From: the human T2T-CHM13v2.0 reference genome, Homo sapiens
Reading direction: 5' to 3' (one strand)
DNA: 64,000 nt
NCBI RefSeq assembly: GCF_009914755.1
Contig: NC_060938.1
Positions within the stretch are counted from its first letter, which is position 1, and every line of letters starts with the position of its first letter. Of the stretch, positions 1 through 15,240 are shown piece after piece. A model generated the notes under the pieces. It ran no database searches. It had not been told where the DNA came from and was given only the letters and a program-made list of their open reading frames with translations. Both the position numbers and the translations under genes were made by a program.

Positions 1-35
1 AAGAGCAAAACTCCATCTCAAAAAAAAAAAAAAAA
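1..35 (+). mobile_element. Alu 3' end and A tail (cut by window edge)
   Basis: gagcaaaactccatctc followed by A16. Confidence 0.85.
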
Positions 36-98
36 GTCACTGTTAGTAGGTAGCCAGAGATTTTTTTTTTTAAAGAAAAAATATATGAATTAGAGCAG

Positions 99-462
99 TG
101 TATTAGTCTGTTCTCATGCTGCTATGAAGAAACACCTGAGACTGGGTAATTTATAAAGAAAAGGAGTTTAGTTGACTCACAGTTTCATATGGCTGGGGAG
201 GCCTCAGGAAACTTACAATCATGGCGGAAGTCATCTCTTCACAGAGCAGCAGGAGAGAGAATGAGTGTAAGCTGGGGAAAGACCAGACGCTTATGAAGCC
301 ATCAGATCTTGTGAGAACTCACTCACTATCACGAGAGCAGTGTGGGGGAGACCACCCCCATGATTCAATCACTTCCCACCAGGTCCCTCCCATGACATGT
401 GGGGATAATGGGAACTACAATTCAAGATGAGATTTGGGTGGGGACACAGCCAAACCATATCA
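99..462 (-). mobile_element. THE1-type (ERVL-MaLR) solo LTR
   Basis: TG...CA ends and characteristic terminus gagatttgggtggggacacagccaaaccatatca. 5-bp TSD AGCAG at 94-98 and 463-467. Confidence 0.92.
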
Positions 463-469
463 AGCAGAT

Positions 470-1109
470 TTCTTATGCAAATTAGGCAAGCCAGAAGACA
501 ATGGAATGATATTTTTCAGATTGCTGAAGGAAAAACAATGACAACTCAAAAGTCTATGCTCATTGAAAACACCTTTTAAAATTGAAGGTGAATTAAAGAA
601 TTTTTGGACAAACAAAAACTGAGGAATTCGTTGCCAGCAAACCTGCACGGTAAAAACTGTTAAAGGAAATTCTTCAGGCAGAAGGAAGATGATACTAGAT
701 GGATATTTGGATTTACACAAAGGAATAAAAAGCATATAAAATGTTTAGAATACGGGTAAATACAACCTACATTTTTCTTTTTTTCTATCTATTTAAAAGA
801 AAATTGATAATTAAAAGAAAAAATAATAGCAGTATATCATGGGTGTTATGTCCTTTGTAGACTGGGAATCAGGAGAAAATGGAAGTATACTATCTTATAG
901 TTCGTATATTATATATGAAGTGATAGAGAATTACTTGAAGGTAGATGGTGGTAAATCAAAGATGTATACTCTAAAATCTAGAGCAACTATTTAAAAATTA
1001 TACATGCCAGAAAACAATGAAATAATATTTTTCAGAGTGCTGAGGGAAAAACAATGACAATCTAAAGAGTCTATGCTCAGTGAAAATATCTTTCAAAAAT
1101 GAAACTGAA
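470..1109 (+). mobile_element. Old L1M fragment: ORF1 3' end and inter-ORF region, with an ORF1 segment present twice
   Basis: gccagaagacaatggaatgatattttcag...gaaggtgaattaaag is typical of the L1 ORF1 C-terminus. Confidence 0.75.
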
Positions 1110-3050
<1,941 letters not shown>

Positions 3051-3668
3051 TTTTTAAGTTAATCAGATTTTTAAAAATCTTCCCATAGAGAAAACACCAG
3101 GTCCTGATGGCTTCAATGGTAAATTCTACCTAACATTTAAGAAGAAATAAGATCAATTCTACACAAACTTCTTTAGAAGATGAGAGAAAAAGGGACACTT
3201 TTCAGCTTTTTTTTTTAGGCTAGCACTACCCTGACACCCAAATCAGAAAAAGGATTTGATTATAAGATTACAAGAAAAGAAATGAATCCTTAATGAGCAT
3301 AGACACATAGATGCTTAACAAAATTTTTGCAAATCAAATCTAGCAATAGCTAGAAAGGGAAATGAGGCATGACCAAATCAGGTTTATCCTAAGAATAAAA
3401 GGTTTGTTTACCATTAGAAAATCAGTCAATGTAATTCACCATACTAACACAATTTTTTAAAAATTATGAATATCTCATTAGAGATATAAAAAAATTTTTG
3501 GCAAAATTTAAAAGCCTTTCAGCAAACTAGAAATAGAAGGAAACTTTCTTAACTTGGTGAAGGATGCCTATGAAAAATCTTCAGTTAACATAATACCTAG
3601 TGGCGAGAGACTGAATACTTTACCCCAAAGACAGGGAAAAGGGCAGAAATATCTGTCACTTTTTTTCA

Positions 3669-4271
<603 letters not shown>

Positions 4272-4602
4272 TCACAAAAACATGAAGGCAACCTACTTAT
4301 TTTAAATAGGTAAAGGCTTCAGGCATCGCCAAGCAGATGGACAGCAAAGAAGCATATGACAAGATGTTCAGCATTATTGGTCATTAGGGAGGCAGAAGTT
4401 ATAGCCACAACGAGATACCACTGTCCACCCACTAGAATGGCTAAAATTAAAAATACTGACAATTACAGAGACTATCCTGGGTTTGGAAAGAAAAAATAAT
4501 AATATAATAAAAATACTGACATTACTTAAGTGTTGTCGAGGATATAAAGCTGGTAGGCATGGTAAGTGGTACAACCCCTTTGGAAAACAATCTGGCGGTT
4601 TC

Positions 4603-4894
4603 TTTTTTTTTTTTTTTTTTGACTAAGTCTCGCTCTGTCGCCCAGGCTGGAGAGCAGTGGCGAGATCTCGGCTCACTGCAAGCTCCACAAGGTTCACGCC
4701 TTTCTCCTGCCTCAGCCTCCCGAGTAGCTGGGACTACAGGCGCCCACCACCACGCCTGGCTAATTTTTGTATTTTCAGTAGAGACGGGGTTTCACCGTGT
4801 TAGCCAGGATGGTCTCCATCTCCTGACCTTGTGAGCCACCTGTCTCGGCCTCCCAAAGTGCTGGGATTACAAGTGTGAGCCACCGCTCCCGGCC
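4603..4894 (-). mobile_element. AluY-like
   Basis: gcaagctcc and ttagccaggatggtctc. TSD g(c/t)ggtttctt. Confidence 0.9.
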
Positions 4895-5595
4895 AGTGGT
4901 TTCTTACAAAGTTAGACAAACACTTATATGATTCAATAATTCCACTCAGGTATTTGCCTAAGAGAAATGAAAACTTATATCCACACAAAAACGTGTACAC
5001 AAATTTTAGCTTTATTCATAATAGCCCATCAGCTCAACTGCCCGTCAACAGATGAACTGATAAATACATCTGGTATATCCATACAAGAGAGTACTATTCA
5101 GCAATAAAAGGGAATGAACACAACAGCATGGATGAATCTGAAAAATATGCTGAGAGAAAGAACACAGGTACAAAAGCATGCATACTACATGATTCCAATG
5201 ATTTGAAACTATAGAAAAAACAAGTCTGATCTAGAAGGAAGGAAAGTGATCAGTGGTTGCTTGGACAGAAGGAGATTAACTGAGATGGGGCACAAGGGAA
5301 CATTTTTGGGGTATGGAAATGTTCTGTATTTAGATTGCATTGGTGATTACACAGGTGTATAAATGTATAAAAACTCATTACACATTTAAAGTTGGTATAA
5401 TCAATTTGATTAAAATTCTATTGAATCCCCCCAAATGTAGTATCTTATTATTATACAGAATGTGACAATGTAGAAAGGTAGAAGAAAGAAAAAAAGAAGC
5501 ATCTTATGGTACATCCCAAATGCATTGAGTATTATAAATTATTCTGTAGAAATTTAAATTACAACCACTATGCTTTCATGTACTTCTCTTGGCAT

Positions 5596-5921
5596 TATTA
5601 TTATTATTATTTGTGACAGAGTCTTGCTCCATCACCCAGGCTGGAGTGCAGTGGCGGAAACATGGCTCACTGCAGCCTCGACCTCCTGGGCTCAAGAAAT
5701 CCTCCTGCCACAGCCCCCCAAGTAGCTGAGACTATAGGTGCACACCACCACACTCAGCTAATTTTTTTTATTATTTATTTATTTATTTGGTTTTTTTGTA
5801 GAAACAGGGGTCTCACTTTGTTGCCCAAGCTGGTCTTGAACTCCTGGGCTCAAGTGAGCCTTCTGCCTCAGCCTCCCAAAGTGATGAGATTACAGGTGTG
5901 AACCACCGTGCGAAGCCTGGC
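5596..5921 (-). mobile_element. AluJ-like
   Basis: cagcctcgacctcctgggctcaag; (TTA)n tail. Confidence 0.88.
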
Positions 5922-6120
5922 AAATCTTCGATAATGCTATATGGTTCATTATCATCAGCAGTACATGAAAGACATTGTAGATATTAGTAAATATCTACCC
6001 CTGCGAATGTATACAATGCACACATGATGTGAAAGGAAAGTAACATTTATTATGTACCACAGTATATGCCAAAACCTTCTCATGTATTATTTCTCTTTCA
6101 TGATAAGAAATTTAAGTATT

Positions 6121-6454
<334 letters not shown>

Positions 6455-6499
6455 TTAAGTATTGCAGAGGTTAAGGCACTGTGAGAAAGGCAGGTAAGA

Positions 6500-6700
6500 G
6501 AGCAGTTTCTAGAATCATAATTCCTGTTTCAAATTCCAGCTCTCTCATTGGCTGCATGACTTTGGGCATGTCACTTAAACCCCTGGAGCCTCAGTTTCTT
6601 CATCTGTGTAATTGAACAAAGCCAGTATCTACACAGAGATTTGCTGAAATTAATGAGTGCACGTTCATAAAATTCGTAGCGCTGAACTAAGTGCACAATA
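6500..6700 (+). mobile_element. MIR
   Basis: gactttgggcatgtcacttaaacccctggagcctcagtttcttcatctgt MIR core. Confidence 0.75.
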
Positions 6701-6908
6701 AACAACAACAACAACAAAATAGTTGTAATTAAACTGCTGGAGAGGATAGGCCAAAGCCTTCCAGAGGTTCCCATCTGACTTCAAGTTCCCGTCTTGAAAA
6801 GGGACCTAGGATGCCGTAGGGTCTGTGCCCAGAAAGGACATCCATAACCTGCATAGGTTAGCAGTGCCTTTGGGATTGAGGATCTGCCATCATAACAGCA
6901 AGGTTTCC

Positions 6909-7216
6909 TTATTTTTATTTATTTATTTATTTATTGAGATGGAGTCTCGCTCTGTCACCCAGGCTGGAGTGCAGTGGCATGCGATCTCGGCTCACTGCAA
7001 CCTCTGCCTCCTGGTTCAAGCGATTCTCCTGCCTCAGCCTCCAAACTAGCTAGGACTACAGCACACACCAGAATGCCCAGCTAATTTTTTGTATTTTTAG
7101 TAGAGATGGGATTTCACCATGTTGGCCGGAATGATCTTGATCGCTTGACCTCGTGATCTGCCCAACTCAACCTCCCAAAGTGCTGGGGTTACAGGTGTGA
7201 GCCACCACGCCTGGCC
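6909..7216 (-). mobile_element. AluS (Sc-like)
   Basis: Reverse Alu consensus with (TTTA)n tail. Confidence 0.9.
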
Positions 7217-8621
7217 TGGCACTTGATAGTTTATATCCATTATCTTGTGAAGAAGGTATCATTACAACATCCATTTTACAGACAAATAAACTGGGGAGGT
7301 TACACAGCTAGAGAAGAAGGACGAAATCCCAGGGCGTTGGACTCCAGTTCCACATGACTGAGCCTTCCTGACAGAGGTAAGTTTGTCCTGCCCCATCACA
7401 CTTGCTCTTCTCCTGAGGGCCTGGTGGTCAGCAACCACCTGACCGAGAGCAGGAGGGGTGGGGACAGGCCCTGGTCTCACTGGGTTGTGTCTTCATCAAG
7501 CCAGCTGTCTGCACAACTGGTCTGCCTGGGGTCAACTGGTGTAGAGACCAGGGAAAGTCAGAGCCAAGTCTCCCAGCAGATTACATCCATATTGAAAAGT
7601 TAAAGAGTAGCCAAAAGAAATTTGTGATGATAGGAGTCAGAAGAGTGGTTTCCTGGCAGGCTGGGGGTGAAGGGCATGGTGGTTAGGACAGGAAAGGGTA
7701 CAGAGAGTGGGGTGGTAGGAGTGCCCCCACATCTTGATTTGGGGTATGGTATGGTTACACGGGTGTACGAATATGTAAAAATTCATTGACATTTTCGCTG
7801 GAATGCATCACTGAAGATTAGTGCATTTTGTATATAAGTTATGACTCAATTTTTTTCATTATGCAATGTCCATGTAATATAACTCCATTTTTAGTTTTCA
7901 CAATGCAAAAAAAATTTTTAACATTGTTACCAAAAAAAGAAAAAAAGACCAGCCCTTCCAAAAAAAGCATTGCCTTATCCCTTAACCCTGAAATAAGAAA
8001 TTTACCTAATACTGAAGTTGAGAATTTAAATTTGAAAGGAGGGTAACAGCCCCGTGGGTCTGGAAGCCTCCAGGACCCGTGAGTCTCTAGCCCTCTCTCC
8101 TGGCCCATGGGCTACAAAGCCTCAAGAACCATGCCTTTTGAGGGAGCTCTGGATCCTGAAAGCTGTGGGGAACCTTTCCTGGTGACGTTAGCTTCCTCTG
8201 ACATAGTTTAATTGTTGTCAGTCCATGGAATCCGGATGGAGGGTTTTGGCATTTCATTCTTTTCAGTTAGGGCTGAAATAGCATTTTCATTCTCCACTCT
8301 CATTTTCAAGGTCTGGTAATTTTCTGAGACCATCACCATTTGGGCTGAGATGTTCTCATTCTAGATGCAAATAGGATGAGGAACTTTTCATCAGCAGGCC
8401 TGAGAGCAGAATGGGTCTCTCTCTAGACCCACTTTTAACCTAAATGCTCAATAAATACCAGCCTGTGGATAGCTATAAACCTGTGTGCACCAAACAAATA
8501 GCTGCTAATTATAGATGGCAAAAACTATTAGAAATGCAAGGAGAAGTTTGTAAAAATTAAAGTGAGATGTTTTAGTATACCTCTTCCGTAATTAGCATGA
8601 ACTAGTCATCAAAAAGAATTA

Positions 8622-9150
8622 GGCCGGGTGCAGTGGCTCACACTTATAATCCCAGCACTTTGGCAGGCCCCGAAGTGGGAGAGGGTGTGGGCTGTCTGTC
8701 TGGGTGAGTAGGGCATGGGAGTCATTCATCACTTTCCTGACCTTAGCTGGGGGTCCAGCAGCCTCCCTCACAGCTACTGGGACAGAGCATGTGTCACTGT
8801 GGGGCACTTTACACATTTACTCCTTTCTTTATTTGTTGCCTGTTTGAATCTGTGCCATGAGTGCATGGGAGCTCCATGTTCTATAGGGTAGATTATAGGA
8901 TCCCCACTTGAGGAGCATCACTTGAGGCCAGGAGTTTGAGACCACCCTGAGCTACATGGTGAGATCCAGTCTTTTCAAAAATAAATTTGAATTACCTGGG
9001 AGTGGTGGTATGCACCTGTATTCCCAGCTTCTCAGGAGGCTGAGGTGGGAGGATCACTTGAGCCCAGGAGTTTGAAGCTACAGTGAGCTATGATCATGCC
9101 ACCGCACTCCAGCCTGGGTGACAGAGTGAGACCTTATCTTTTAAAAAAAA
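8622..9150 (+). mobile_element. AluJ-like, interrupted by a ~228-bp non-Alu insert (8679-8906)
   Basis: Left arm breaks at ...gaagtggga and resumes at ...atcacttgaggccaggag. TSD-like aaaaa(g/a)aatta on both sides. Confidence 0.9.
8679..8906 (+). repeat. Dispersed local duplication, copy of 10412-10635
   Basis: Same-orientation copy ~1.73 kb away. About 16 substitutions and one 4-nt indel by manual alignment. Near-identical ORFs appear at 8619-8816 and 10349-10549. Confidence 0.95.
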
Positions 9151-9540
9151 TTATAACAGGTTAAATAATACAATTAAAAGACTCAATTGAACACATACAC
9201 ATATATCATTCTTTATCTATTCAATAGAATGCATTTTTCCCGTCTGATCATGAGGCATTTTTAACAAAATCAATCCTGTTGGATATTTGTTTCAAAATAA
9301 TAGAAAGGGTATTAATGAAAAAAGGTTGACCATGAGTTGACAATCATGGAAGCTAGGTGATAAGGACATTAAACTTCATCTAATATTCTCTCCAGTTTTT
9401 TTTTTCTTAGAGCTCAATTTCTAGAGAATTCTCTCTACTTTTGTGCATATTTGAATGTTTTCAATATAAAATGCTTTAAAGTGATCAATCATATACTTAG
9501 GTACAAATAAAACTTTTGTAAAAACTTTAAAATAGAAGTT

Positions 9541-9704
9541 TTTTTAATTTTTAATTTTCTTTCTTTCTTTCTTTCTTTCTTTTTTTAAGAGATGGGGTCT
9601 TGCCATGTTGCCTGGGCTGGTCTCAAATTCCTGGGCTCAAGTAATACTCCCACCTTAACCTCCCAAAGTCCTGGGGTTACAGGTGAGAGCCACCACACCT
9701 GGCC
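9541..9704 (-). mobile_element. Alu left monomer (FLAM-like)
   Basis: Single reverse left arm with (TTTC)n tail. Confidence 0.8.
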
Positions 9705-9874
9705 TCAAAAATAGAGATTTAAGTGGGCCATATTCTCTGACCCTAATTCAATAAAATCAGGCACAAAAATGATTCCCCAAATTTTAATTGTATAAAAATT
9801 AAGAAACACATTTAAATAACCCCTGGAGAGAAAATCAAAATTAAAATTATCTATAAAACATTAACAAATAATCT

Positions 9875-10200
9875 TTTCATTTATTCATTTATTCATTATA
9901 TACCGAGTGCCCACTGTGTGCCTGGGACTGCTCTAGGCACAGGGACAGAGCAGTGAACAAGAGATCCAAGGCCCTGCCCCCGGAGCTCACATTCTTATGA
10001 CACAGATAGACAAATGAATGAGCGAACATACCACGCAGTGGTACGTGCTCCACAGACAAAGCAGTTGGGAGGGGAAAGTGGAGTGGGGGCTGTGTGTGGG
10101 GCTGGCTAACCTAGATCAGGTGGTCAGGGAAGCCCTGCTGGGAAAGGTGACATTTGGGCAGATTTGAATGAGGTGGGGCAGCGAGCCCAGGAAAGAATGG
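9875..10200 (-). mobile_element. L2 3' fragment
   Basis: ttcatttattcatt...gagtgcccactgtgtgcctgg...gcagtgaacaaga...gagctcacattct. Confidence 0.7.
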
Positions 10201-10624
10201 CCTGGCGTGCTCTCAGAGGGGGAGATAGTACCTTGTTTCCAAACCAGTCCCCAAGCCTGGCCAGCTCCTGTGCTCACAAGAATGCTGGCAGCAGGAGCCA
10301 GGGGCTACAAAAAACAGCCTGAGAGAAGGGGCTTCCCACGGCAGAGGGTCATGCAGGCTGTAGCTGTGGGTACCCAGACTGATTCTGGCAGTAGGCTGGC
10401 CAGCCGCCTAAGAGAGGGTGTAGGCTGTCTATCTGGGTGAGTAGGGCGTGGGAGTCACTCATCACTTTCCTGACCTTAACTGTGGGTCCAGCAGCCTCCC
10501 TCACAGCTACTGGGGCAGAGCATGTGTCACTATGGGGCACTTTACACATTTACTCCTTTGTTTGTTACCTGTTTGAATCTGTGTCATCAGGTCATGGGAG
10601 CTCCATGTTCTATAGGGTAGATTA

Positions 10625-10710
10625 TACAATCCCCATTTTCCGATGAGGAAGCTCCAGCTCAGAGTTTAGGTAACTCGTCCAAGGTCCTAGAGCCAATGGG
10701 GGCAGAGCTT
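10625..10710 (-). mobile_element. MIR fragment
   Basis: atccccattttccgatgaggaagctccagctcagag...taactcgtccaaggtc. Confidence 0.7.
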
Positions 10711-11713
10711 CCTTCCTGCCCTGGTGCATGCCCTCCAGGATGCCTGGCAGGCTGGGCTTTAGAATGGGGTCTACAGAGGCCAGTTTTCATGGCAATGGGG
10801 CGGGATGGTGGAGGTGAGCTCCAGTGGTTGGAGTGGCTATTGGCCCCTGTTAGACACCAGGAATCCTTGGGTGGGAGAGGAGATTTGGGTCAGATCCTAC
10901 TTCACACTCACACTTCATACTTCACACAGGGCAGTAATCTTCCCCTGGAAACAAGGCTGCTCTTGAGGATCACACAAGAACTGGTGAAAGTCCTCCTGCA
11001 CAAGGGCAAGTCCATTCCAATAGAGGGAGAATTGCATGACAAAAGGGAGGTAGCCAAGTGTTGACAGTCCCAGGCCTCGCTGGCAGCACCTCTGGGCTTC
11101 CAAGGGTGACATCATACCTAATGAGTCATCAGAGCCACAGCACCCAGCACTGTCTGACACATAGTAGGTGCTTAATCACTGGTTGCTGTTATGATAATGA
11201 AGCCTTAACGTCCTTATGCAGAAATTGAATTGGAAGCTGAATTTCCTTTTGGGCTGAGACCAGGAGAGCTCTCCAGGCCCAGGGCTTGGTAACCAGATGA
11301 AATTGGTTCCTAATGGGGGCTCTGTGGAAGCTCAGCAAGTGGCTCTATCAAATTAGCAGGCTCGATGGACACGAGGGAGCAGAACTCTTCCTGAGCCTGG
11401 ACCCTGCCATCCCTCGTCCCTCTGAAATCAGATTATGGAGATGGCAGGGCCAGGGAGGAAACTGAGCTAACACAATTACCAGCCCCGGCCGGTCCATCTC
11501 AGCCTGGGAATAGGGCAGGGAAGAGGAGAGGGCAGAGGGGAAGCCAGAGCTTCCCTCAGGAAATTACAAATCCAAGAAACTGAACAGGATAAGCCTTTCC
11601 CTGCCTTGCTGTGGGGCTCCATCCTGGGATTAGTGAGCTAATCTCCCTGCTGTTCTTACAGAGCATCAATTCCTCCTCCCTTGGAGATCAGGGTGGTCAT
11701 TCCTTTTATAGCT

Positions 11714-11723
11714 ATGACGTCAT
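11714..11723. promoter_or_regulatory. Perfect CRE palindrome ATGACGTCAT
   Basis: Motif only, in unique DNA. Adjacent CArG-like CCTTTTATAG at 11702-11711. Confidence 0.3.
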
Positions 11724-13124
11724 CAGCCCTGGCTTGAACCTCCCTAGTGAGGGGTGTTTGTTAACCACCGAGACCTTCTATTCCATGACTGATTCAAAAG
11801 CAACTGACTGGACTGTAGCCAAGACTGCCACTATCTGGTCTTGGATCTGCCGTCATCTGGATGTTGAACCTTGGGAGGTCTTCAGCCCATTTCCCCATCT
11901 GTAAATGAGATTTATGACCCCATGGTAGGCATGTGCTCGTGTCCTCAGCGTCCATCCACCCCTTTCCCACTGTGAAGCAAGCTGCAATCTTCCAGTTGGG
12001 TTCTGATTTTAAAGCCCATCAGCCCCACACCACGCCTCTTGCCCTCTTGGCCTCAGGAGTTTGGGCATTGCCCTGGCTGTGGTGGTCCAGGCAGAGCCAC
12101 CCTTCAGACTTTCCTTTCTGCAGGAAGATTTGCTTGCCCTGTCCCCAGATGAGAATGAGGCAGTGTGTTGCCCTGGCTGATGATGTTGGCTGCCTTAACT
12201 CCTCGGAGGAAGCCAGCCTGAGACAAGGCAGATACACATGGAGGGCAGAGCCAAGAGAACTGCAGAGAAAGAGACAGAACTCTGATACATTTTAAGGCCA
12301 CTCTATCATGGAATGTTTCAGTTATGTTTACAGCAAAAAATCATCATTCTTCCATGTACTTTGAGCTGCATTTTCTGACACTTGCCATCACCCATCTTCT
12401 AATAGGCAGAGACTTCTTTTAGGGTTCAGAGTGCTGGGATTCCTGATCAGAGATTGATTTCTTTGTCATTTCTGCTCAGTGACTACAGTCTTAGCCTGTG
12501 TGACTCACCACTGGATGCACCCACTGTGTTTCCACAGGAAGGGAGACTAGGAATGTGTTTGAAGAGTTGCCTCATTTCCCACCTATGTCTGTAAGCTAAG
12601 AGGAGTAGGAATAGGCTATACAGCAGAAGCCTATCCACAGAGAATGGTGCAAAAGAAGAGAAGAGCAAGTTCCAACAACTCAGTTCAGGGAGCCATACAC
12701 TCCCTTTCCAGCTGCTGCCAGTTTACGCTGGGTTTCTGTCTCTTGTACCCAAGATAGCTGGCTCAGAAAATCATTTTATTCATCTTCGTTTTCCCAGCAC
12801 CCAACACTGACTGGCACATAGTAGAATTCCAGTTAAGATGAAGACTTTACTTCCCATTATCTGGACCCTTCTACCAATTTCCCCAAACTCAATATTACAT
12901 TGGTGTTTTTAGTTGTCTGTTTGGAGGAGCAGATTAGGTTTTGGAAAGGTAGCTTCAGCAAATACCTACCAGGTGTCATCTATGAGTTAGGTACACTGCT
13001 AGGTGAGTTCATGTATATTACTTCATTTACTATCCCGAACTGCTCCAGTTAATTTTATGCCCACTTTCCAGAGAGAGGAACTGAGGCTCAGAGAAGTTAG
13101 GTGGAATTTTAAAGTCACTCAGCT

Positions 13125-13290
13125 AGCCAGGTTCAGTGGTATATGCCTATAGTCCCAAAAACTTGGGAGGCTGGGGTAGGAGGATCACTTTAGTCCAGGA
13201 GTTCAAAGCTATAGTAAGCCATGATCACATCGGTTAATAGCCACTGCACTCCAGCCTGGGCAACATAGCAAGACTCTGTCTCAAAAATAA
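13125..13290 (+). mobile_element. FAM (fossil Alu monomer) inserted in a MIR
   Basis: Monomer retaining 7SL-derived ...aatagccactgcactccagcctgggcaacatagc. TSD taaagtcac(tc)agct. Confidence 0.8.
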
Positions 13291-13749
13291 AGTCACAGCT
13301 GGTACTGGCAAAATCAGAAAGGAAACAAATACCTTCTTATACTCACACTGCTGATAACAAACTTATGTTCAGTTAACAGAATACCAAAGGCCCTGAATGT
13401 CCCTTCCAACTTCCATTGTGAGAAAAGCCTCCAACACAGTCTGGCCATGAGTGTCTTTAGGGAGAGGAGGAAGTGGTCTGGTAGCTGGTAGCTATGGAGT
13501 TAGCCAGTCAGTCCACCCCTGGAGTCAGCTTTGAGTCCATTTCAGGGAGCCCTTGGCCAGTGCTGGTGTTCAAGCCTGAAGGACCAGAGGCAAGTGTGCA
13601 TCATTTGAGGGCAATGGCCATGGGCAGGGTTAAGGTAGGTGAAACCCAGTTCCCATATGAAACCAGAAGCACAAAGAGGAATTACCCAAGGGCAACTCAC
13701 GTGAGCATCCTATCTCATTCTTCTCGGTTTTTCTTTTTAGACATCTTAA

Positions 13750-13882
13750 TTTATTTTTTTAAATAGAGAAGGGATCTCACTATGTTGCTCAGGTTGGTCT
13801 CAAACTCAAGCCCAAGAGGCATGATTCTCCCGCCTTAGCCTCCTGAGTGATGGGGGTAACAGGCACACACCACTGCAGCCAA
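13750..13882 (-). mobile_element. Alu monomer (FLAM-like), degenerate
   Basis: Reverse left-arm consensus. Confidence 0.7.
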
Positions 13883-13884
13883 CT

Positions 13885-14720
<836 letters not shown>

Positions 14721-14929
14721 TGTGGGTGGTCACCTCTTCTCTTGATTTATTTATGTATAGTAAATAACTCCCCACTCCCCACCCTCATTTTCCTCCCCAC
14801 ATAGGTCACAACTCTAGTGTGTGTAGTGTATATCCTTCATTTTATGGCATTTTATGAAAAATGTGTATTCCTCTTTTGCCTGCGTGCATTTGTACATTTC
14901 ACATACATGCTATTGTGTTTTAGCTATTA

Positions 14930-15240
14930 TTCTGTCTTAATCTCTTCACTCAACACCGTGTTTTTAGGATCCACCCATGTTGCCAGGAGTACTCCTGATC
15001 CATTACTTCCAGCTGCCGTGTGGCCCCCGGGGGGTGGGCTGCGAGCACGTGTGCACGTCCACTCCCACAGGGATGAATGCCTCATTTCCCCCAGCTCCCT
15101 GTCACCACACACAAACCCACAATGGCCATCTCGGCATGTGTCCCCTTCAGGACCTGGGGGAGAATGTCTAGAATTTATGTTCAGGAGTGGTTTGCTGGGT
15201 CATAGAAACATGCATACTTACTTTGAGTTGTGCTGGATCA
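14930..15240 (-). mobile_element. Very old L1M fragment, GC-shifted
   Basis: Ends in aggagtggtttgctgggtcatag; colinear by eye with the L1 3' region. Confidence 0.5.

Noticed and set aside
8619-10549. Paralogous 65/66-aa ORF pair MCKVPHSDTCS... as a small gene family
   Set aside because: By-product of the local DNA duplication; non-ATG starts, divergent ends and no coding signature.
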